In this document: positions 53,776 through 62,761 of the stretch, in pieces | Layout: each line of letters starts with the position of its first letter | Position numbering within the stretch: position 1 is the stretch's first letter | Virus record (IMG/VR): IMGVR_UViG_3300035492_000217 | DNA: 64,000 nt | Strand: one strand, 5' to 3' | DNA from: a virus | The notes under the pieces: generated by a model | The model's database searches: none | Seen by the model: only the letters and a program-made list of their open reading frames with translations | Told to the model about the DNA's origin: nothing | Position numbers and translations under genes: made by a program

Positions 53776-56640
53776 TCAGACTTCCTCTGGCTCGGTCTCA
53801 TCTTGGAAGTTGGTCAGAGGGGTGCCTTTGCCTCGTACGGCCGAAAGGCTGATGACGTGGACGTCGACGCCCTCTTTGTGGGGGTGTTGCTCTTTCCGGT
53901 CGAAATACACTTCGCCCTCGAGCAGGCTGGTCATCTGCCTGGTTTCCCTGATCACCGGGACGTCGCCCAGCGTCTTGGCGTAGCGGCAGTAGCGCGGCAG
54001 GCACGACGAGATCACCAGGAACAGGGAGTCGCCCTGGCGCCAATAGTGGTCGCCCGGGCGTAGGCCGGTTTGGCGGTCCTCTGGGTCTTCCGCCATCTGG
54101 TTCAGCGTTCCTAGCACACGGTCAACCTCGGAGATCGACTTCTCCTTCTCCATCTCTCCCGCGTTGTTGCTGAGGAACCCGGCCAGTGCGTCGAACAGGG
54201 CGTCGACGTGTTCCCGGCCGCGCACCTGGTAGTCGTCCATCGTCTTGGCTAGCAGGGCCAGCCCTGTGAGGGCTGTCTGGTATCCCCACTTCGGTCGCGG
54301 GCCGATGCTGTCTGGAACCAGGTGGGAGGTGCTCTCGAAGATCTCCAGCACCTGCTCTGGGGCCATATTTACAGCCTGGGTGACCAGCGCTTTGGCCATC
54401 CGGAACAGCGCGTGGCGCCGTTTGGCCGCCTCAGCATAGTGGGTGCGGTACTCCTCTTTGATCAACGCCTTCGAGGTGAGCTTGACCTCGACCGTACGAC
54501 TGCGCAGGGACGGTACCGTAGCGGTCTGCTCGCTGGTGTAGACGATCGGAGAACTGACCCGGTCGGCGGATACCGCTACACCTTTGTCGTTCAGCTTTCC
54601 TCGCGGCACAGGCGCCCTGTTCCAGGCCGCCTTCAGGATGCCGAGGATCTTTCCGTAGGTGCTCGCACCGATGTTGGCCGGGTTGACTTCCTCAACCAGG
54701 CGCGGGACGGTGCTGCTGCTCGACACGTAGCGGACCAGCGGGTAGATCGTCGAGACCTCGACGTTCATGAAGTCGGCCTTGCCGTAGTCCATGCCGTTCA
54801 GGAAGCTCGCCAGGATCGCCAGCGAGGTCTTCCCGGCGCTGGCGTTCCCGCTGATGTTCAGCAAAGGAAACTGCACCTCGTTGAACTGGATGTGCTCACG
54901 GAAGTGGCAGGCGACGTGCCAGCCGATGATGGCCCCGACGCTGTGAGGCTCGTTCACCTTGGTGAGGTAGTAGATGGCCTCTTCCAGCTCGGTGTCGTCC
55001 TCGTAGGGGTAGTCCTCGGACAACAGTTTGGGGGACTGTTTGGGGTCACCACTGTAGAAATACCGGCTGACCCTCCCGGACGAGGTGCATGATCCTGCGT
55101 CCTCGACATAGTGGGCAGCTGTCTTGTCACGCCGGCGATCCAACAGCACCCCACAGAGGTGGGTGCGAACCATCTTCTCGATTTCCTTGCCTTGCTGGTC
55201 TGCTTTGCGGCGCCCAAGCTCCTGGATTGCCCGGAGCAGGTTCTGGATGTCCGCATCAGATGCTTGAACCGTTGCGTTGTTGCGCCCCTTCACCGCGTGG
55301 ATCAGCGAGCGCTTCGACGACCATGCGTCTTCCGGCATCTCCAAGTCTTCGCTCGGCTGACCAAGGTCGTCGATCAGCGTGCCGATGTAGGCCCGGCGAG
55401 GTGACTCCTTGAACTGCACCTGCTCGGACGAGACGTCCTCCAGGTCGTAGACCTCGGTGTGCGGCCAGAACGTGAAGGTGGTCAGCTTGCGGCCGGCACC
55501 CTCGTTTTCGAGGAAATAACCGATGGCCGTCGCCCGAATCCCCGTGCGAGGGTCGAAGTCGTCTTCGTCGTCCTTGCCTTGCTCAGCCTGCTCAGCGGAT
55601 ATGTCGCCACGGCAGATCACACAGTGCCCGCACGGCTTGCCGATCGTGGCAATCAAAGGGCCCTGCAGGAATTTCAGCCGGCCGGTGAAGGCGCGGTTGA
55701 GCATGTGCTCGACGTGCTTTCGGCGCTCCTTTACCGAGGGCCTCGAGCTGCTGTCGACGTTCTTCACGAAGGGTTCAACGATGTCCTCGTTGTACTCGTC
55801 AGCCTCGTCTCTCTCGTACCGGGCAGCCACGTAGGCCGCAACCTGCATGGCCGCCTGGTTCCAGTTCGACTCAGGGGCGTCACCCTCGGTGATCAGCTTT
55901 TCGATGCAGCCTGGGACGGCCGTTAGGGCGCGGAGCTTCTCCTTTGGCACCACCGTGGCTGACTTCATCGCCCGCACACGCTTCTGGGCCCTGAGCTTCG
56001 CCGCTTTGAAAAGCGCCTCTGCTTTCGGAAAGATCACCGAGTCAGCTGGCTCGTTAAGCGCCATCGACGGCCGCGGCTGGGCGACCAGCGTGGCGTACTG
56101 CTCGCTGTCCATGCCCATCAACTCGTCGAAGGTCACTCCGACCTTGAAGGTGCCAGTAGGCCTCTGGATATTCTCGCAACGCCACATGCGGCCCCGGCCG
56201 CCGGAGTAGACCACCATGTCCAGGTGCTCTACCTTCAAGGTCTCGGCGATCTCCCGGTAGACCAGCGGAAGCGCCTTCATCGGCGCCTTCAGGCCGAAGA
56301 CCTTCGCCGGCACCGTTACGTGCACACCCTTCTTGCCGGATAGCCAGCAGTGGATGAACGATTTGTCGATGTCCAGCTTCTTGGTCAGCTGGGTCAGCAC
56401 GCTCCGCACCGACTCAAGCACTGCGTCAAGGTCAGGTCCGTCGAAGTCGAAGTACATGGGGCCCATGTACTTGACGTGCTCGAGCGGATCCTCGCCGTTC
56501 TCGGCGAAGTTCTCCGGGTCCTGGTCGACGGACAGGACTGTCATGAAGGCCGGCGGCTGCTCCAGTCCTGAGAGCTGCCGCTCATCGTAGAGGCGCCACG
56601 GTTCCTTCGCGTTCGGTTTGAACTGCAGGAAATGGTACAT
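53776..56640 (-). CDS. bifunctional primase-polymerase (AEP) / SF3-type helicase
   Basis: AEP motifs MYFDFDG and LSGKKGVHV, a CGHCVICRG zinc motif, and a C-terminal Walker A (GNASAGKTS). 954 aa. Confidence 0.8.
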   Translation of the reverse strand: MYHFLQFKPNAKEPWRLYDERQLSGLEQPPAFMTVLSVDQDPENFAENGEDPLEHVKYMGPMYFDFDGPDLDAVLESVRSVLTQLTKKLDIDKSFIHCWLSGKKGVHVTVPAKVFGLKAPMKALPLVYREIAETLKVEHLDMVVYSGGRGRMWRCENIQRPTGTFKVGVTFDELMGMDSEQYATLVAQPRPSMALNEPADSVIFPKAEALFKAAKLRAQKRVRAMKSATVVPKEKLRALTAVPGCIEKLITEGDAPESNWNQAAMQVAAYVAARYERDEADEYNEDIVEPFVKNVDSSSRPSVKERRKHVEHMLNRAFTGRLKFLQGPLIATIGKPCGHCVICRGDISAEQAEQGKDDEDDFDPRTGIRATAIGYFLENEGAGRKLTTFTFWPHTEVYDLEDVSSEQVQFKESPRRAYIGTLIDDLGQPSEDLEMPEDAWSSKRSLIHAVKGRNNATVQASDADIQNLLRAIQELGRRKADQQGKEIEKMVRTHLCGVLLDRRRDKTAAHYVEDAGSCTSSGRVSRYFYSGDPKQSPKLLSEDYPYEDDTELEEAIYYLTKVNEPHSVGAIIGWHVACHFREHIQFNEVQFPLLNISGNASAGKTSLAILASFLNGMDYGKADFMNVEVSTIYPLVRYVSSSSTVPRLVEEVNPANIGASTYGKILGILKAAWNRAPVPRGKLNDKGVAVSADRVSSPIVYTSEQTATVPSLRSRTVEVKLTSKALIKEEYRTHYAEAAKRRHALFRMAKALVTQAVNMAPEQVLEIFESTSHLVPDSIGPRPKWGYQTALTGLALLAKTMDDYQVRGREHVDALFDALAGFLSNNAGEMEKEKSISEVDRVLGTLNQMAEDPEDRQTGLRPGDHYWRQGDSLFLVISSCLPRYCRYAKTLGDVPVIRETRQMTSLLEGEVYFDRKEQHPHKEGVDVHVISLSAVRGKGTPLTNFQDETEPEEV

Positions 56641-56647
56641 GGCACCC

Positions 56648-56893
56648 TCACGCCATCAGGGTTTCGGTCTTTCTGGTGATGAAGCAGTTGCCCTTGCGCT
56701 GGTAGACCTCGACATCTTCGTCTCCGAGGCCGCGACGCACGAGTGCTTGGCGGAAAAGGGTGATGTTGTAGACCTGGTCGAGCTTCAGCGTTTTTCCCAC
56801 TTCCAGGGCGTTGTAATGCTCAGCGAGGGCCGCGTAGTCGATCCTCTTTACCGGGGCGGGCGCGTCTGTTTCGGCTACTTGTTGAATCTGCAT
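56648..56893 (-). CDS. hypothetical protein (81 aa)
   Basis: ORF track. Lies between the helicase and primase genes on the same strand. Confidence 0.55.
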   Translation of the reverse strand: MQIQQVAETDAPAPVKRIDYAALAEHYNALEVGKTLKLDQVYNITLFRQALVRRGLGDEDVEVYQRKGNCFITRKTETLMA

Positions 56894-56926
56894 GGGGCCT
56901 CTCCCGTAATTTTCTTGGTCCTGCGG

Positions 56927-58234
56927 TCAAGCGACGTACTTGCCTTTGTTGATAAGGAGCTCCTCGCTCGGCCGGCTGAACGCCACATAGGCGAGTCGCT
57001 GCCGCTCGGCGCGGATGTTGTTCTTGAGGATGTTGTTCAGGTCGACGAACACCTTCCGGTAGGTGCTGCCCTGCGATCGGTGGACCGTGATGCAGTAGCA
57101 GTAGCGGATGGTGGCGAACATCTCTTTGAAGTTGTGGTACTTGGCCCAGAACATCCTGGCTTCTTGCGGGTGCTTCTTCGCCATGGTGGCCAGGTGGTTG
57201 AGGCGGTCCCAGTAGCGGTCGGTCTCGCTCTCGTGCAGGACGTGGGCAAAGACCTGCTTGACTTCGGCATGGAGCGGGTTCAACACCAGCATCCAGGTGC
57301 GATAGGACTGGCCGGTCTCGTCATCATCCAGCGTCGACTCCCTCACGCTGTGGGTGACGCACTCTTCATCCGTGCTGAGCTGGATCACCTCGCCGTCCCC
57401 GATCGGCGCGCCGGTGACGACACGCTCCCCTTCCACGAAGCGCGGTGCGGCGCGGCCGTAGAGCTTCTGGCGAATGGCCGAGTTGATCTCGTCTACCCTG
57501 GCGTTCGACCAGGCAAGGACCCGCTGCTCATCGAGGTCGGTGTCCTCTGTGAAGGCCGAGACAACGACCTTCATGAAGTCGGCAGACTTGACCACCTCAA
57601 CCCCGTTGCCTTGGATCTGGGGTGAGACGAACGGCTTGTTGCTGCTCATCGCCGTGCGCAGAAGGCCGCTCAAGGTGAGGATGTTGCTGTCAGCTGCCTG
57701 GCGTTCAACCTGGGTCAGGCGAACAGTGTCGAACACCTTGAAGGCCATCGACTCCTTCTCCTTCACCGGCGGCAGCTGCATGTCGTCGCCCATCAGCAGC
57801 AGCTTGCAGCTGTGCTCGTCAGCGTCCGGCAGCAGGTAGTCGTACAGCACTCGCTTGCTCAGCATCGACGCCTCATCAACCACCACGACGTCGAAGATCG
57901 GGAACACGCCGCGGCCCAGCCGGTGGGCGTACTTGTTCTCCTCGGACGGGAGCAGGGCAAGCCCGAGCGCACTGTGCAGCGTCTGGAACGCGACATTGTT
58001 CAGGTTGAGGCCGTACCGCTTTGCTGACTTCTCAAGTTGCTTTACCGCCTTGTTGGTAGGCGCGGTGAATAGCACCTTCAGGCCGGCTTGGAGCAGCTGG
58101 TCGGCAATGGCCATAACGCAGGTTGTCTTTCCTGTTCCGCCTTCGCCGACGATGGTGAGGCCGGCCAGGTCTTGCTCAAGAAACCCGGAGACCGCCCTCG
58201 AGATGGCGGCTTTCTGGTCTGAATTGAAGATCAT
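56927..58234 (-). CDS. SF1 helicase, RecD/Dda-like
   Basis: GEGGTGKTT, VVDEASML, LMGDDMQLPPV and TVHRSQGSTY. Confidence 0.9.
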   Translation of the reverse strand: MIFNSDQKAAISRAVSGFLEQDLAGLTIVGEGGTGKTTCVMAIADQLLQAGLKVLFTAPTNKAVKQLEKSAKRYGLNLNNVAFQTLHSALGLALLPSEENKYAHRLGRGVFPIFDVVVVDEASMLSKRVLYDYLLPDADEHSCKLLLMGDDMQLPPVKEKESMAFKVFDTVRLTQVERQAADSNILTLSGLLRTAMSSNKPFVSPQIQGNGVEVVKSADFMKVVVSAFTEDTDLDEQRVLAWSNARVDEINSAIRQKLYGRAAPRFVEGERVVTGAPIGDGEVIQLSTDEECVTHSVRESTLDDDETGQSYRTWMLVLNPLHAEVKQVFAHVLHESETDRYWDRLNHLATMAKKHPQEARMFWAKYHNFKEMFATIRYCYCITVHRSQGSTYRKVFVDLNNILKNNIRAERQRLAYVAFSRPSEELLINKGKYVA

Positions 58235-58261
58235 GTGAATATCCTTATGTAATGCTGTATA

Positions 58262-58275
58262 CCTGTAAATACAGG
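58262..58275. promoter_or_regulatory. Palindromic motif, exact consensus CCTGTAAATACAGG (preceded by half-site GCTGTATA)
   Basis: Lies 27 nt upstream of the helicase ATG, in a 120-nt gap. Confidence 0.6.
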
Positions 58276-58356
58276 TTATTGTGCAGTACGTTTTCTTCTT
58301 ATAAGGTTTGGCGCAAGAGGCGATGCTACCGGCAGCGGTCTTCGACCGTCAACGGC

Positions 58357-58695
58357 TCATTTTACGACGCGGAGGGAGGGGCGCTTTGGTATGCGCTTGA
58401 CGCTGGTCTTGCGGGCCTCTACCGCCACGCACAGCGGGGCGACGGGCTGTGAGCCGGCACGCACGGCTTCCATCATCACCTCGGCGAGGGACAGGTTGTA
58501 CCGGGCGGCGGTGTTGATCATGACGGATAGGTGGACATGGCCGATACGCTCCAGGGTAGCTTCGGTGACTACCGATCGGGCGACCTGGAGATGCCTGTAG
58601 ATGTTGTCACGCAGGGCGTGCTCATCCACGTCCAGCTTGCATTGGCGGCTGAACTGCAGGGTGTATTGGACGACCTTCTCGTCGATGTCAGCCAT
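58357..58695 (-). CDS. hypothetical protein (112 aa)
   Basis: ATG at 58695 within ORF 58357-58764. 8-nt overlap with the upstream gene. No clear SD. Confidence 0.5.
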   Translation of the reverse strand: MADIDEKVVQYTLQFSRQCKLDVDEHALRDNIYRHLQVARSVVTEATLERIGHVHLSVMINTAARYNLSLAEVMMEAVRAGSQPVAPLCVAVEARKTSVKRIPKRPSLRVVK

Positions 58696-58996
58696 ATAGT
58701 TGGACGACGTTGCTCTGCTCTGCTGCTCTGGTGAGCTGTGTTTTCGGGAATACGGTGATGGCACTCACCAGCCGGCAGCGCCGGTCAGATGGCCCCTCTC
58801 CGCGAATGACCGCACCGGCCCAGTCGGAGTAGAGGGTGTAAAGCACCCCGTCTGAGGTTGCGTCTACTACTTCCTCGCAGACGACTCCGGTCAGCTCCTG
58901 GATGAACATTCCGATAGCGTAGTCCCTGCTTTCCGCAGTGCCGGTGCTAGCGTGTTCGACAGAGAGCCGGCGCAGCCTCGCCAGGCTTTTATTCAT
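58688..58996 (-). CDS. hypothetical protein (102 aa)
   Basis: SD GAGGAG lies 7 nt upstream of the ATG. Confidence 0.55.
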   Translation of the reverse strand: MNKSLARLRRLSVEHASTGTAESRDYAIGMFIQELTGVVCEEVVDATSDGVLYTLYSDWAGAVIRGEGPSDRRCRLVSAITVFPKTQLTRAAEQSNVVQLYG

Positions 58997-59005
58997 GGAA
59001 TCTCC

Positions 59006-59218
59006 TCATTCTGGCATTTTGGTGTACTTCGGGATGATGTAGTCGGTCAGGCCTTCGAGCATCAGGTCTTTGGCGGACTTGCGGCTGAACGCTGCGATCT
59101 GCTTTAGCTTGGCATGCAGCTCTTCTGGCATGTCCATCGTGAATTTTTTCTCCTGGCGGGCCAGGAGGTAGGAAGCCTGCAGGGAGGTTCCCAGTGGGTG
59201 GGCTTTAGACATGTACAA
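59006..59218 (-). CDS. ribbon-helix-helix (CopG/Arc-like) protein candidate
   Basis: FTMDMPEELHAKLKQIAAFSRKSAKDLMLEGLTDYI fits a strand-helix-helix pattern. The upstream gap is AT-rich and carries a motif copy. Confidence 0.5.
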   Translation of the reverse strand: MYMSKAHPLGTSLQASYLLARQEKKFTMDMPEELHAKLKQIAAFSRKSAKDLMLEGLTDYIIPKYTKMPE

Positions 59219-59262
59219 AATCCTTTATGTCAATTTAGGTGTATTTGAATCCTATTTGGCCC

Positions 59263-59282
59263 CCGTATACCTGTCAATACAG
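59263..59282. promoter_or_regulatory. Degenerate palindromic motif (CCGTATACCTGTCAATACAG)
   Basis: Lies in the AT-rich gap upstream of the RHH-like gene. Confidence 0.45.
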
Positions 59283-59321
59283 ATTCGCGTATATAAAGGC
59301 TTCAATACACCGATTTTGGCA

Positions 59322-59939
59322 TCATGCCCATATTCTAGCCACTTCTCGTACGAACTCACCTCGTCTATCCCTGGCCAAAGTGACATTCGCCTCTGCTGGG
59401 ACGGCTACTATTTTCGCGCAGCCCTCGCAGGCCGGCTCATCCGGGGCCTCCGACACCGCCTTGACCAGTGCGTGATTCGACCTGCTCTCCAGGGTGTCGC
59501 CCGGGGCGCTGCCTGCCGCGGCGATGATCTGCGGCTTCAGTTTCAGCTGGTCACAGTTTCTCCCAATCACGACGAACCGCAGGCCGTTTGGCTCGTCCTC
59601 GGTGCCGGCCAGCCTTATCATCTCGATGTCATGCCTTTCCGGCGAGATGAGAAACGACCGATCGAGGCTGCCCTTTGAGCAGGCGAGGTAGTAGGGCAGG
59701 ATCCGATTGGTGGCCAGGGATGCGGTGAGCTCGCTGTCGTATACAGCATCGAGGAGGGGGCGCGGGAGATTCAAGCCGGCTGGGCCTTTCCGGTAGAGCT
59801 GCTCCACCCGCGCAAGGAAGTCCAGATAGTTGACCCTGTCCGCCTCTGTCCAGCGCATCCGCACCTCAGACTTGTGCCGGTGGAGCGCGATGAACGTCCC
59901 TGGCTTGGGGAGGGAGAGGGCGGTGAGGTACAGCAGCAT
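59322..59939 (-). CDS. hypothetical protein (205 aa)
   Basis: SD AAGGAG. More protein-like than the antisense ORF 59211-59678. No motif recognised. Confidence 0.6.
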   Translation of the reverse strand: MLLYLTALSLPKPGTFIALHRHKSEVRMRWTEADRVNYLDFLARVEQLYRKGPAGLNLPRPLLDAVYDSELTASLATNRILPYYLACSKGSLDRSFLISPERHDIEMIRLAGTEDEPNGLRFVVIGRNCDQLKLKPQIIAAAGSAPGDTLESRSNHALVKAVSEAPDEPACEGCAKIVAVPAEANVTLARDRRGEFVREVARIWA

Positions 59940-60073
59940 GACGACTCCTTGCAGGCTTCATTGCGCGCCACTAGAATCGAAGGCGTGAATTCCTTCTTAC
60001 GCCGGCCTAGCGCAGGCGTTTCTTTTTCTGGCGCACAAGCCTGCAAGTAAGCGACAGGCTGCGTCAAGCTGGG

Positions 60074-60337
60074 TCAGTGCTTCACCACTTCCTCTGCCGT
60101 GTTGATCAGTTCAATCACCAGCGGCTTGGCCTTGTAGATCTTCTTGTTCAGCTGTCGCTCGAAAACCACCGCCCCGCCCTGGTTCAGGATGCAGAGGTGG
60201 CGGGAAGCATTTGCCTGCGAGATCTGAAGTCGGTTCGCCACATCGTTCACGCAGAGGCCTTGCTCGGCGTGCAGCAGTTGGACGATGTCCAGGCGGGTAG
60301 GATGGGACAGGCTGTTGAGTAGTTCGGCAGACGACAT
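60074..60337 (-). CDS. ArsR/SmtB-family winged-helix transcriptional regulator
   Basis: LSHPTRLDIVQLL...CVNDVANRLQISQANASRHLCIL matches the ArsR HTH signature. 87 aa. Confidence 0.85.
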   Translation of the reverse strand: MSSAELLNSLSHPTRLDIVQLLHAEQGLCVNDVANRLQISQANASRHLCILNQGGAVVFERQLNKKIYKAKPLVIELINTAEEVVKH

Positions 60338-60370
60338 TCTTTTTCCTTGGAAGTTCTGTGTTGGCTGGGC

Positions 60371-60408
60371 AATACAGTAATACAGGTCCGTAAATATGTA
60401 AATACAGG
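60371..60408. promoter_or_regulatory. Densest cluster of the palindromic motif: four AATACAG / TAAATA half-sites in 38 bp (candidate operator)
   Basis: AATACAGTAATACAGGTCCGTAAATATGTAAATACAGG, 34-71 nt upstream of the ArsR-type gene start. Confidence 0.5.
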
Positions 60409-60743
60409 TCTACCACCCTATTCGTTTTCCGTTGAGTAGGTTTCCCCTGGTTCCTGTATATTAGAGAGCTGCCCGCTGGATCGCTCCAAACGGGGCACTT
60501 TTGAAAATGCGTACATAGCAGCGTACATAGTTCAGGTTTGAGTGGATGTCTGACATCAAAAAGTCCAGCAATCTCGGGCACATACGGAATTTCTCCATCA
60601 TCGCGCACATCGATAACTGACCCCTCCGACACCCCGCGACAACCTCAGTCAATAACTCTCCTCAAACATAGATGAATACTGGCTTTCAGCGATATTGGCC
60701 AGGTCATGAGCGGACAACCCAGGACAACCCTAGCCACAGATTT

Positions 60744-60765
60744 CATGTACACAGCTGTGTACATG
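60744..60765. promoter_or_regulatory. 22-bp perfect palindrome CATGTACACAG|CTGTGTACATG upstream of int
   Basis: Nested inside a second inverted repeat, CCACAGA (60734) / TCTGTGG (60773). Related GTACA repeats at 60509, 60521 and 60798. Confidence 0.6.
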
Positions 60766-60828
60766 GTTCGCGTCTGTGGCACGATTGACCTTCGGGGCAT
60801 GTACACACCCCAGAAGGAGGCAATTCAC

Positions 60829-62058
60829 ATGGCTTTGTCAGATTCCTGGCTGAAGGCCCATCACAAGAAGCCGCATGAGGCGGCCATGGAGAAGGCGGAC
60901 GGAGAGGGCCTTGGTGTGCGGGTTTCAGCCACCGGCAAGATCGTCTTCCAGATGCGTTACCGGTTTGGTGGCAAGCCGGCGCGGCTCGACTTGGGTACAT
61001 ATCCTCTGCTCTCGCTGAGGGAGGCGCGTACAGAACACCAGCGACTGCGTACAGAACTGGAGAAGGGCCGCGACCCCCGGCATGTACGCACAGCTGAACG
61101 GGACGAGTTCGCCCAGGTCTGGACCAACGAGCAGCTGTACCGGGAGTGGCACACGAACTACTGCCTCGAGAACAAGCAGCAGGCCGAAGACTACCTTCGC
61201 AGCTTCGAGATCCACGTCTTCCCGAAGCTGGGCAAGCTGCCGGCTGACCAGACGACCGCCCACCAATGGCTGACCCTTATCGAAACCGTCGCAGACAACA
61301 CGCCGTCGATCGCCGAGAGGATCCTCCAAACGGCCAAGCAGCTGCACAAGTGGGCGCACCGGCGCGGCCTGATGAAGACGAAGCCGTTGATTGACGTGTC
61401 CGTCGCGGAGGATCTGATGATCCAGAAGGAGCCTGCGGGCAGGGCACTCAGCGAAGAGGAAATCAGGCAGTTCTGGTACGGCGTGGAGGCTTCTCGCATG
61501 ACGCCTGGCACCAAGATATTCCTCAAGCTGCTGCTGGTCTTCGGCTGCAGGGGCGTTGAGCTCAGGTCTCTCGATCCGGTGGCGGACCTCGACCTTGAAG
61601 CGGGCATCTGGACCGTTCCACCTGATAAGAATAAGGTCAGAAAGCGCGTACGGCGCAGCATCTGCCGGCCGATCATCGCTGAAGTCAGGCCTTTGATCGA
61701 TGAAGCCAGGCGCCACTCTCGCAGCCCTCACCTGCTATTCACGCAGGAAAAGGCAGCCAAGCCGCTCGAGGTGAACGCTACGCTGAGCATGCCGGCTTCG
61801 GTGATGCGGAACGTCAAACGCCTCTACGGCGTCGAGATGGAGCACTGGTCGCTGTACGATCTGCGCAAGACAGCCAGGACCAACTTCTCGACGCTGACCG
61901 ATGTGCATGTGGCTGAAGTGATGCTCGGGCACGCCCTGCAGGGGATGCAAGGCGTGTACGACCGCCACCTCTATATAGAGGAACAGGCTGCCGCCTATAA
62001 AAAGTGGTGGGACCGGATCATGTCGATCGTTGCGACCCCTCCTTGCCAGGCAAAGTGA
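60829..62058 (+). CDS. int: tyrosine recombinase / integrase (P4-type with DUF4102-like N-terminal arm-binding domain)
   Basis: N-terminus GLGVRVSATGKIVFQMRYRFGGK...LGTYP. Catalytic region HWSLYDLRKTA ... MLGHA ... VYDRHLY. ATG at 60829 after AAGGAGG. Confidence 0.92.
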   Translation: MALSDSWLKAHHKKPHEAAMEKADGEGLGVRVSATGKIVFQMRYRFGGKPARLDLGTYPLLSLREARTEHQRLRTELEKGRDPRHVRTAERDEFAQVWTNEQLYREWHTNYCLENKQQAEDYLRSFEIHVFPKLGKLPADQTTAHQWLTLIETVADNTPSIAERILQTAKQLHKWAHRRGLMKTKPLIDVSVAEDLMIQKEPAGRALSEEEIRQFWYGVEASRMTPGTKIFLKLLLVFGCRGVELRSLDPVADLDLEAGIWTVPPDKNKVRKRVRRSICRPIIAEVRPLIDEARRHSRSPHLLFTQEKAAKPLEVNATLSMPASVMRNVKRLYGVEMEHWSLYDLRKTARTNFSTLTDVHVAEVMLGHALQGMQGVYDRHLYIEEQAAAYKKWWDRIMSIVATPPCQAK

Positions 62059-62061
62059 GGG

Positions 62062-62301
62062 CTACTTGACCTCAGCTGCTACCGCCAGCAGGTCTACGTC
62101 GTCCCTGATGACGAGGCCCTGGCGGTCCAGGCCAACGCTATCGTCGAAGTAGATGCGGTTGTCGGCTCGCAGATGCTCGTAGATCTGCTCGGCGTGCTCT
62201 CGGTCAGTTTTGGTGTAGTCGATGATCTGATTGATGATCCCGTTGCGGTCGCTGCTCACGGTGTCTCTCCTTGGCTTCTGCCGGCGTTTGCTTTTTACCA
62301 T
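62062..62301 (-). CDS. hypothetical protein (79 aa)
   Basis: ORF track. Convergent with int. Confidence 0.5.
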   Translation of the reverse strand: MVKSKRRQKPRRDTVSSDRNGIINQIIDYTKTDREHAEQIYEHLRADNRIYFDDSVGLDRQGLVIRDDVDLLAVAAEVK

Positions 62302-62321
62302 GGATTAATGAAGAAAGGGGC

Positions 62322-62519
62322 TTAGGCCCCTTTCCGCATTTCCCGCTCTTCCCAGGCTTCCACCTCTTCCATCAGGTAGAGGTTCTCGGACCCGTTGTTG
62401 GCGATTGCCGGCTTCGGGAAGCCGCGGGTAACCGGCCAGCGGGAGATCGTCCTTGAGCTCTTATCGTAGCGTTGGCACAGCTCCGAGGTGGAAATGAACT
62501 TCTTGGCGACCTCGCTCAT
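62322..62519 (-). CDS. AlpA/excisionase-like HTH protein (65 aa)
   Basis: FISTSELCQRYDKSSRTISRW resembles the AlpA/Xis HTH_17 signature. The ATG at 62519 overlaps the upstream stop. Confidence 0.65.
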   Translation of the reverse strand: MSEVAKKFISTSELCQRYDKSSRTISRWPVTRGFPKPAIANNGSENLYLMEEVEAWEEREMRKGA

Positions 62520-62722
62520 CAGGTCTGCTCCTCCATCATGATCTCTAATCGGCGCACGTCGTGTGCAATCTTCCTGGCCAGCAAGGCTGGGGAGCCGCAC
62601 CCGAGGGCGTTGGGTAGTTCGAACGTCAGGCTTGCCTCAACGTGCCGGTCCTCGGCGACTCTCGGCGTTTGCTCAAGCATCTCGAGGACCATCTTCACCG
62701 CTTCGCTCACCGTGGGCTCCAT
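62519..62722 (-). CDS. hypothetical protein (67 aa)
   Basis: ORF track. Coupled to the AlpA-like gene. Confidence 0.5.
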   Translation of the reverse strand: MEPTVSEAVKMVLEMLEQTPRVAEDRHVEASLTFELPNALGCGSPALLARKIAHDVRRLEIMMEEQT

Positions 62723-62761
62723 GTCTTTGCTTGTCCTAGCTTGGTAATCCTAATGGTTTTG

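Noticed and set aside
33087-58234. Thymidine hypermodification cluster (5-hmdU pathway, as in some Pseudomonas siphoviruses) or a deazaguanine modification cluster
   Set aside because: I looked for a DNA kinase, glycosyl- or aminoacyl-transferase-like genes, radical-SAM (CxxxCxxC) or PLP enzymes, and queC/D/E or folE-like genes, and recognised none. Only standard dUTPase, RNR and a ThyX-like gene are present.
59211-59678. 155-aa plus-strand ORF opposite 59322-59939
   Set aside because: It starts inside an AT-rich promoter-like gap with no SD. The minus-strand ORF has an AAGGAG SD and better composition.
60111-60632. 173-aa minus-strand ORF, and the 63-aa ORF 60461-60652, in the ArsR/int gap
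   Set aside because: The first overlaps the ArsR-type gene out of frame and then runs through motif-rich, lower-GC intergenic DNA. Neither has an SD or protein-like composition.
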